From an uncultured delta proteobacterium (lineage in GTDB: Bacteria; Desulfobacterota; Binatia; Binatales; Binataceae): a DNA stretch of 64,000 nt. The stretch lies in contig CAVQEQ010000004.1 of the NCBI GenBank assembly GCA_963711565.1, positions 416,001-480,000 of the forward strand, in the 5' to 3' direction. Made by a program: the position numbers and the translations under genes. Shown here piece after piece: positions 1 to 6,740 of this stretch (position 1 is its first letter; each line of letters starts with the position of its first letter). Under the pieces are notes generated by a model, which did no database searches, had not been told where the DNA came from, and was given only the letters and a program-made list of their open reading frames with translations.

Positions 1-5
1 GCGGC

Positions 6-602
6 TCACTTGGACGGCCTTCGGCTAACGATTACCTCATCGATCAGTCCGTATTCAACCGCTTGTGGCGGCGCCATGAAGTAGTCGCGATCGGTATCTT
101 TTTCGATCTTACGAAGATTCTGTCCCGTATGCTTCATTATGATGTTGTTGATTTCCTCCCGCGCGTGCAAAATTTCCCTGGCGTGTATTTCGAGGTCGCT
201 CGCCTGACCCTGCATCCCGCCCAGCGGCTGATGCAGGATGATGCGCGAATGCGGCAGCGCGTAGCGCCGGCCCTTGGCGCCCGCCAGCAACAGGATCGCG
301 GCCATGCTGGCCGCCTGCCCGAGGCATAGCGTCGAGACGGGAGGGCGGATGAACTCCATCGTGTCGTAAATCGCCATCCCGGCCGTCACCGACCCGCCCG
401 GTGAATTGATGTAGAAGTTGATTTCTTTTTCGGGATCTTCGGACTCGAGGAACAGGAACTGTGCGGTTATCAGGTTGGCGACATCGTCGTTGACTTCGGT
501 GCCGAGAAAGACGATGCGGTCCTTGAGCAGGCGAGAATAGATGTCGTAGGCGCGCTCGCCGCGCCCGGTCTGTTCGACGACCATCGGTACCAGGTTGCTC
601 AT
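6..602 (-). CDS. clpP: ATP-dependent Clp protease proteolytic subunit
   Basis: Motifs [40 protein letters not shown] (catalytic Ser) and HQP (catalytic His). Start placed at MSNLVP, preceded by a GGAGG RBS. Confidence 0.97.
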   Translation of the reverse strand: MSNLVPMVVEQTGRGERAYDIYSRLLKDRIVFLGTEVNDDVANLITAQFLFLESEDPEKEINFYINSPGGSVTAGMAIYDTMEFIRPPVSTLCLGQAASMAAILLLAGAKGRRYALPHSRIILHQPLGGMQGQASDLEIHAREILHAREEINNIIMKHTGQNLRKIEKDTDRDYFMAPPQAVEYGLIDEVIVSRRPSK

Positions 603-783
603 ACCTCCAACCCGCGCCACAGCCCGGTTCCGACAACGATTAAGAGAAGGCCGCTGACGCCTTCAAATTGTAACCACTCGGAAATGGGGGAGCAACCGTG
701 ATTGGCGCCGAACCGCGTAGCGATGATGCTACTTCGGCTCAGATGAACCCTCTTGACAGCTCGCGCGGTTCGAGATGTCCATT

Positions 784-815
784 GTCATTCTGAGCGCAGC
801 GAAGAATCCCGGATC
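784..815 (+). repeat. REP-like palindromic repeat, family A (GTCATTCTGAGCGCAGCGAAGAATCCC)
   Basis: Near-identical direct copy at 1854-1885, an inverted half copy at about 6565-6581 and a related variant at about 5239-5310. Confidence 0.8.
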
Positions 816-941
816 TTTTTCGACGCAGAGGCACTTCGACTTCGCTTAGGACTCGCGGCGCAGAGATGCTCCGGATCCGGCTGTTCCGGGGTTGATCCAA
901 TTGGTAGCGTGCCGATGGATCAGTTAGTCTCCAGCACCACA

Positions 942-1790
942 ATGAAGAAAGTATTGATCGTCCTTCTGACGACGATACTCGCGTTCGCGAGCGCAGCCTC
1001 CAGCGCTGAAATCGACGATCTGGCCTGGAACGAGGCCAACATCAAAACACTCCGGGCGTTGGGCCAAACAGCCGTTTTTCGCTTCGTCACCGGGGGAGAT
1101 CCAGAGGAAGGGGTCTCGAATCTAGCCGATCTCGATATGTTTAACTGGTATCCCACGGGCGATGGAAAATACGAGCTGGCGGTCGGTTGGTCGAGTGGTC
1201 CCGAGATCGCTTCTCTGACGATCTATTGGCAGGACACATCGCGGAAGATCAGGTCACAGGAATTTGACTTCCCCCCATATGGCGGGCCGCCGAATGAGGG
1301 CGAGCAATGGTACAAGAGTGGGGAATTTGCGGATCTCAACGGCGACGGTAAGGACGATCTGATCCTTTTTGACCCCATCGACCACACTGAACGCACCGGC
1401 CGAAAAATGGTCCCCAATGGGGCGTGGCCTCAGGTTTTTCAATTGCGCGGCGGACAGTACGTTGAAGCCAGCCGCGATTTCCCCAGCTTCTACGAAAAAG
1501 AGTTTTTGCCGCAACTCAACAGCGAGATAGTCAGAGCGCGCGAACGCCAGTCGCCCGAGCGATATTTGGCGGCATTGATTATGTCCAGAGACAAGGTCCT
1601 ACGATTCCTCGGCCGCGATCCTAACGCCGGACTCGCCCAGGCACGGCAATGGATGAAGAGTTCGGACCCGGTGATGGTGGACAATGCCCGGATAGTTTTC
1701 ATAGACGTCGGAGGGCATGAGGAAGACGTGCGCGAATCGAATCTCGCGCTGGATCACCTGTCAAAAAATTGGCTGAGCAAGTCTTGGTAA
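942..1790 (+). CDS. Secreted hypothetical protein with an FG-GAP/EF-hand-like calcium-binding motif
   Basis: Signal peptide MKKVLIVLLTTILAFASAASSA and motif DLNGDGKDDLIL. The upstream part of the called ORF runs through repeat DNA and is probably non-coding. Confidence 0.7.
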   Translation: MKKVLIVLLTTILAFASAASSAEIDDLAWNEANIKTLRALGQTAVFRFVTGGDPEEGVSNLADLDMFNWYPTGDGKYELAVGWSSGPEIASLTIYWQDTSRKIRSQEFDFPPYGGPPNEGEQWYKSGEFADLNGDGKDDLILFDPIDHTERTGRKMVPNGAWPQVFQLRGGQYVEASRDFPSFYEKEFLPQLNSEIVRARERQSPERYLAALIMSRDKVLRFLGRDPNAGLAQARQWMKSSDPVMVDNARIVFIDVGGHEEDVRESNLALDHLSKNWLSKSW

Positions 1791-1853
1791 GCCGGATTTA
1801 GAGCAGTCTCGGCTCCGCGAGCCTCCAGCGAAGTCGAGGTGCCGGCCCTCCGT

Positions 1854-1885
1854 GTCATTCAGAGCGCAGCGAAGAATCCCGGGTC
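1854..1885 (+). repeat. REP-like palindromic repeat, family A, second copy
   Basis: GTCATTCAGAGCGCAGCGAAGAATCCCGGGTC matches 784-815. Confidence 0.8.
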
Positions 1886-1899
1886 TTTCTCGACGCGCA

Positions 1900-1965
1900 C
1901 GCGCTTCGGATGGTGAATCTTCATGCTTGGCGCGGCTCAAAATAAAGTCGAACGCTTTTTCGCGA
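1900..1965 (-). pseudogene. Diverged duplicate fragment of the tig 3' end
   Basis: Translates REKAFDFILSRAKHEDSPSE versus REKALDFILSRAQREDAPAE in tig. 1925-1964 matches 2986-3025 at 33/40 nt. Confidence 0.8.
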
Positions 1966-2181
1966 GCGGCGATTCGGGCAACCACACTCAGGCTGCTGAG
2001 TAAAAATGCTCAACGTATTGAGCAAATCATCCGCACCGTTTGGGCGGCCTGAAGGAGCCGAACACGGCGCTTCTGTTGATCGCTTCAGAGATTATATCCG
2101 TGTATAAACATATGTGCATATTATAACGAATATCGCAGTGTGATTAGTCTTTTAATGAATTTCCGCAACGGAGACTAAATA

Positions 2182-2475
2182 ATGAAGGCTCGAAAATCGC
2201 GGAGGACACCGAAACCGCCGAAAGCTTTGGCCCATCGTGCTGGCCGCAAGGTCATCGTGGAACTTCCGGCTGGTTTGTATGCGAAAACCGAGAAAGCAAT
2301 GGCGCAACTTTCAATCAACCGCAGTAACCTCATTAGGTCCGCTCTTCAGGAGTACCTCGACAAGTTGCGGAAGAAGGAACTCGAAACCGAACTGGCGGAG
2401 GGCTACATCGCGAACGGTTTCCACGCTCGCGAGACCGCCGAAGCCTTCTCTCATATCGATTTGGAACTGCTGTAG
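2182..2475 (+). CDS. Ribbon-helix-helix (CopG/EndoAI-like) antitoxin
   Basis: RHH pattern (VIVELP...NRSNLIRSALQEYL), acidic tail LAEGY, and position directly upstream of a MazF toxin. Confidence 0.8.
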   Translation: MKARKSRRTPKPPKALAHRAGRKVIVELPAGLYAKTEKAMAQLSINRSNLIRSALQEYLDKLRKKELETELAEGYIANGFHARETAEAFSHIDLELL

Positions 2476-2478
2476 CCG

Positions 2479-2829
2479 ATGCCCGGCAAAAGCGTTAGAG
2501 GAGCGGTCGTCGAGGTCAACCTTGATCCCGTCGTCGGCAGCGAGGCCAACAAAACCCGTCCGTGCGTCGTCATCCAAAACGATGTCGGCAACAGATTCTC
2601 GCCGATCGTTATCGTGGCCGCGATAACCGGCGCCGAGAACGTCCCGAGGAAATATCCGGTTGACGTCCCCGTTCAAAAAGGCGAAGGCGGACTGGTCAAG
2701 GACAGCGTCGTGCAGTGCAACCAGATTCGGTCCGTCGATGAGAGGCGGCTGGTCCGGACACTGGGTCAGTTGCGGCCCGCGACTATGAGTAAGGTCGATC
2801 AGGCGCTCAAGATAAGTCTGGCGCTTTGA
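2479..2829 (+). CDS. mazF: PemK/MazF family endoribonuclease toxin
   Basis: Motifs RGAVVEVNLDPVVGSE, KTRPCVVIQND and QIRSVDERRL. Confidence 0.93.
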   Translation: MPGKSVRGAVVEVNLDPVVGSEANKTRPCVVIQNDVGNRFSPIVIVAAITGAENVPRKYPVDVPVQKGEGGLVKDSVVQCNQIRSVDERRLVRTLGQLRPATMSKVDQALKISLAL

Positions 2830-2932
2830 TCGAGCCACTCCGCTCTCATCGGCCACCGATCGTTCGCTGCTATCTGGCGAGACGAGAATCCAGGTCGAGC
2901 GCCCGCAATTGGCGCCGAGCGCGTAGCGACGG

Positions 2933-4258
2933 CTACTCCGGCTCCGACTTTGCTTCTCCACGCGGCTCAGCTGGCGCATCCTCGCGCTGGGCGCGGCTCA
3001 GAATGAAGTCGAGCGCCTTCTCCCGCCGCATCGACTGCCGCAGCGCCTCGCGGTTCTCTTCCTTGCGGTAGAACTCGGCGGCGCGGTCGCGATTGCGCCC
3101 GCTATTAGTGACGACCTGCGCGACGCGGTCGCCCAGCTCCTCGTCATTGACTTCGATTTTCTCCTGATCGGCAAGCGCGTCCACGATTAGCGCCGTGCGC
3201 GCGCGCTTTTCGGCCCGCGTCTTCAGGTCCTCGGCACTCTGCTTGACGCGCTCGCTGGCGTCCTCGTGCGTGAGACCGCCGGCTTCAAGCGTCTGATGCA
3301 GCTCGGATTCCATCGCGCTCACCTCGCGCGCTACCAGCGACTCGGGCAGCTCGACCGGATTGCGCTCGATCACAAGATCGAGCAATCCCTGGCGGACGCG
3401 CGCGTCGGCCTCCTGCTTGGCATGCGCGACCAGCTCGCTGCGAACGCGGGTGCGGAACGCCTCGAGATTCTCGTCGCCGAGATCCTTGGCGAAGTCGTCA
3501 TCGACGGTCGGCAACTCGCGCCGGTAGATCTCCTTGGGCGTCGCGCGCCATTCCACCGTCTTGCCGGCCAGCTCTTTCTGGCTGTAGTCGTTCGGGTACG
3601 TCTTCGACGAACGCATCTCTTTGTCGATCTCGGCCCCGATGAGCGCCTCGTGGACGCCGTGCGCAAGCGCGCGCTCGGAAACTTCGACCAGCCGGTCGTC
3701 GGGTTTCGTATTGGACATCGGCTTGCCGTCTTCGAACGCCTGGATCGACGCGAGCGCATAGTCGCCTTCCTCGACGATTGTGCGATCCTCGACCTTCTTG
3801 AGCGTCGCCTGGCGCATGCGAAACCGCTCGATCGCCTCTTCGACTTCCGCGTCGGTGACCTCGACCCTGGACTCGGGCACCTTGAGCCCCTCGTAATCCT
3901 TGACCTCTATAGTCGGGCGCAGGTCGAAGGTCGCGCTGAACTTGAGCGCGAGGTCTTTCTGCAGGTCGGTCTGCTCGGTGACGATTTCGGGCGCGACAAC
4001 CGGTTTCAGGTCATGCTCCTCGAGCGCCTTCTTCGTGTATTCCTCGACGAGTTTCTGCACGACCTCGCCGCGGACCTGTTCGCCGAAAAATCGTTCGAGC
4101 AGATTGCGCGGCGCATGGCCGGGGCGAAAGCCCTTGAGCACGACGCCGCGTTTGAGTTCGTTGTAGGCGCGATCCAGCTCGTGCTTGATTTCGTCGGGCT
4201 CGACTTCAATCGTAAGTTTGCGCCGGAGACTATTGGGTTCTTCGATATTTACATTCAT
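2933..4258 (-). CDS. tig: Trigger factor
   Basis: GFRPGHAP ribosome-binding signature, 441 aa length, and position upstream of clpP on the same strand. Confidence 0.96.
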   Translation of the reverse strand: MNVNIEEPNSLRRKLTIEVEPDEIKHELDRAYNELKRGVVLKGFRPGHAPRNLLERFFGEQVRGEVVQKLVEEYTKKALEEHDLKPVVAPEIVTEQTDLQKDLALKFSATFDLRPTIEVKDYEGLKVPESRVEVTDAEVEEAIERFRMRQATLKKVEDRTIVEEGDYALASIQAFEDGKPMSNTKPDDRLVEVSERALAHGVHEALIGAEIDKEMRSSKTYPNDYSQKELAGKTVEWRATPKEIYRRELPTVDDDFAKDLGDENLEAFRTRVRSELVAHAKQEADARVRQGLLDLVIERNPVELPESLVAREVSAMESELHQTLEAGGLTHEDASERVKQSAEDLKTRAEKRARTALIVDALADQEKIEVNDEELGDRVAQVVTNSGRNRDRAAEFYRKEENREALRQSMRREKALDFILSRAQREDAPAEPRGEAKSEPE

Positions 4259-4372
4259 GTGGGTTTGAACCTTCTAGATAAACATACCGCGATTGTGGGA
4301 ATCAACCGAGGAGCGGGGGAAGGGTAGATCGCTTGATTTAATTTGAAACCCACGGTGGGTTTCAAACTTCCT

Positions 4373-4399
4373 TCGGCAGGGGTGACCCCTGCACCCAGT
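4373..4399 (-). repeat. REP-like repeat, family B (GGGTGCAGGGGTCACCCCTGC)
   Basis: The same motif occurs at about 11026, 16627, 40405 and 40577. Confidence 0.8.
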
Positions 4400-4405
4400 G
4401 AATAG

Positions 4406-5203
4406 TCACGATATGCGGCGGCAGACGTGCAGGATGCTGAGATGGTGCTTGCGGATTCGGCCTCCGGGGCGCTGCGCAATCAGGCGGCGGACCTCCGCGT
4501 AGAGTTTGTCGCCCTGCCATTGCTCGAATGCGATGTGCCCCGAGTATGTGTTGAGCACGTCGATGTAGGTGTCGGCGCTGTAGTCAACCGTCCACACGTG
4601 GCGCTTGACGCCAACAACTTTGAACAGGCCGTTGCGTTTTATTTCCTCGCGCCGGTCGGGCTCCTGTTCCGGTCTTGGCGGCGGCCATTCGAGATGAGGT
4701 TCACCGATCGCCTCGTAGCATTTCTGGATCTCCGTGAAGAACGGATCGAACCCATCGGGAAACGCGTGACCGTTATCCACGATCGCGAGGACGCCTGCCC
4801 GCTTCAGCACGCGCGCAGCCTTCGCGTAGCGCACTTCGGGATCGAGCCAATGCCATGACGACGCCGCGAAGACCATGTCGAACCGCGACTCGCCCGCCTC
4901 CCACGATTCGAAAGCGGACGTGATTACCTCGACATGCGGGAACGGCTTGAGATTCCGCCGAGCGACAGCCGCGAGGTTCTCACCGAGCTCGATGCAAACG
5001 ACGCTGCACCCTCGTTGCGCGAGATGACGCGTAGCCTGTCCCGTACCGCATCCGACTTCCAACACCGCGGCGCCGCGTCCGAGACCGCCAGGGGCGAACA
5101 GGTTGTCAAAGAGCTGCTCCGGATAGTCGGGGCGAGCCTTGTCGTAAAGCTCGGCGGCCGAATCGAAGGTCCGTTTCAGCTGGTCGCGATCGGTAATGGC
5201 CAT
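4406..5203 (-). CDS. Class I SAM-dependent methyltransferase
   Basis: VLEVGCGTG motif I; FDMVFAASSWHW. Confidence 0.9.
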   Translation of the reverse strand: MAITDRDQLKRTFDSAAELYDKARPDYPEQLFDNLFAPGGLGRGAAVLEVGCGTGQATRHLAQRGCSVVCIELGENLAAVARRNLKPFPHVEVITSAFESWEAGESRFDMVFAASSWHWLDPEVRYAKAARVLKRAGVLAIVDNGHAFPDGFDPFFTEIQKCYEAIGEPHLEWPPPRPEQEPDRREEIKRNGLFKVVGVKRHVWTVDYSADTYIDVLNTYSGHIAFEQWQGDKLYAEVRRLIAQRPGGRIRKHHLSILHVCRRIS

Positions 5204-5322
5204 GAAACTATCGATACTAACGCAGATAGCGTTTTTCCGTCATCCTCACGAAGCGAGCAACGCGAGCGGCAGGAAGCGCCCGCCCTGAACGTAGTCGAAG
5301 GGATCTCGGACAGCGGTGCAAC

Positions 5323-5430
5323 AAGGCATTGATTGTGCTTCTGACGACAATCCTCGCGTTCGTCAGCGCGGTCTCCAGCGCCGAAATCGATGACTTGGCG
5401 TCGAAAAGTTTGCCGAAAAAATCTTGGTGA
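5323..5430 (+). pseudogene. Internally deleted miniature paralog of the 942-1790 gene
   Basis: Reads KALIVLLTTILAFVSAVSSAEIDDLA-SKSLPKKSW*, which is the N-terminus fused in frame to the C-terminus (SKNWLSKSW*) of the 942-1790 protein. Confidence 0.8.
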
Positions 5431-5563
5431 AGCGGAGCCCGGAGCGGCGCGGCGCCGCGCGCCCTAAGCGAAGGCCTGGGAATCAACCGAGTACAGCGCA
5501 ATTTAGGTCGCCCCCAGTTTTGAAATCCGAAAAGGTAGTGCTGCTAGAAAGGCTGCCAACACA

Positions 5564-5953
5564 CTAGGTGCGCAAAGTGTCGAGGAAAGCTGCTTTTGCT
5601 TTGTTGATTTTGTCTTGGGGCAAGTCTGAGAGTTCTCGTTTGTAATACAGTCGTAACAGCACAATTTCGTTTCTGGACCTGCGCCACCAATATGCCAATC
5701 GAAGCGCGCCGCGCTTCCCCATGTTCACTCCCGGCCGGCCGATCCGCCGCTTCCATGTTTCGTGGCGGTCTCTCGGATAAGGCAATCCTGCTCGAACGCG
5801 GTCTGGATTGCCCGGGTTCTCGGCCAGCGCGGCTTTGATTTCGCGGATAGTAATTTGGATTTCGTGGAGTGTCAGCGCGTCTAAACCCAGGTTGCGAAGA
5901 TCACGCTCGTATGTCGGCCCAAGCCGAACCGTTATCTCCGGCCTGTCGGTCAC
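5564..5953 (-). CDS. RelE/HigB-like type II toxin
   Basis: WKRRIG...MGKRGALRLAYWW...IVLLRLYYKRELSDL resembles the RelE/HigB2 pattern K-x-R...GKxGGxRxxY...LLxxYxK. Confidence 0.7.
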   Translation of the reverse strand: MTDRPEITVRLGPTYERDLRNLGLDALTLHEIQITIREIKAALAENPGNPDRVRAGLPYPRDRHETWKRRIGRPGVNMGKRGALRLAYWWRRSRNEIVLLRLYYKRELSDLPQDKINKAKAAFLDTLRT

Positions 5954-5954
5954 C

Positions 5955-6488
5955 TTAGTTATTGCTTGCTAGTTCCGCCGCACTCTTCGCTTCAGCTAGT
6001 TCCTTGGTGAACTCCTCGCTCAGACTCTCGCCAATAATTTCACGCACCTCGTCAATCTGTGACTCGATTTTCTCAACGTCCAGCCACACACGCATCGGAA
6101 AATCTTTCACGTACCGATGTAGCGCACCTTTCATAATAGGCTTCGCCGCATCGAACAGAAGTTGCATCCGCTCAGCATGAACTGTCAGTACGGCGAACGC
6201 TTGTTGTAGCTGTTCATCGGTGTCGTTTTTTGGTTCGGCTAATTCCTCAGTGTCCAAAAGCATATGACATGAGTCGAGGATCCTCTGGCAGCCAGCTTTC
6301 ACCTCAAGCAATTTTGCTCGAAGTTCACGAGATAACCGTTTCAGGGAAATCCCGTTCTTCGGAGCGATTTCTAGCAGCGCCCGGACCGCTCCAAGAGATT
6401 CCGCGAATTGAAAGTTGCCTGTGAATGCGAGACCCATTTGCTTATAGATTGCCATTAGAGCACCGACGAAATCCATCGACAAGCACAT
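5955..6488 (-). CDS. Hypothetical helical protein, putative antitoxin partner
   Basis: 177-aa ORF of lower GC ending 1 nt before the RelE-like start, with an acidic C-terminal helix. Confidence 0.55.
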   Translation of the reverse strand: MCLSMDFVGALMAIYKQMGLAFTGNFQFAESLGAVRALLEIAPKNGISLKRLSRELRAKLLEVKAGCQRILDSCHMLLDTEELAEPKNDTDEQLQQAFAVLTVHAERMQLLFDAAKPIMKGALHRYVKDFPMRVWLDVEKIESQIDEVREIIGESLSEEFTKELAEAKSAAELASNN

Positions 6489-6518
6489 GTCTTGTCGTTT
6501 GCCATAGCAATTCGCACG

Positions 6519-6687
6519 AGATACCCACAGGGGAATCGCCCGGCTACCAATCGTCGCGATTGAATTGCGCTCAGAATGACAAAGCGAGCGTTTCCGCCGA
6601 TATGGACTTCGCTTTCAGGAAAACCTAGACTGCGCCAGATACCCAGAGGGTGATCGCCCGGCTATTATCGGCGCGATTGAATTGCGC
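6519..6687 (+). repeat. Imperfect direct repeat of about 51 bp (6519-6570 and 6637-6687)
   Basis: AGATACCCA...ATCGCCCGGCTA...ATCG.CGCGATTGAATTGCGC occurs twice upstream of hppA. Confidence 0.75.
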
Positions 6688-6740
6688 AGCGGGCGCCCCT
6701 TGATCAAACCTCGAATCTTTCAGGAGTCTCGATTTAACCG

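Noticed and set aside
784-6687. Classical integron or prophage remnant
   Set aside because: No tyrosine recombinase, no recognisable attC sites and no phage structural genes are present, and the cassettes lie in mixed orientations.
4259-6740. A tRNA gene, often found upstream of tig, as the integration target
   Set aside because: No cloverleaf with a T-loop GTTCRA and matching acceptor stem could be found by eye.
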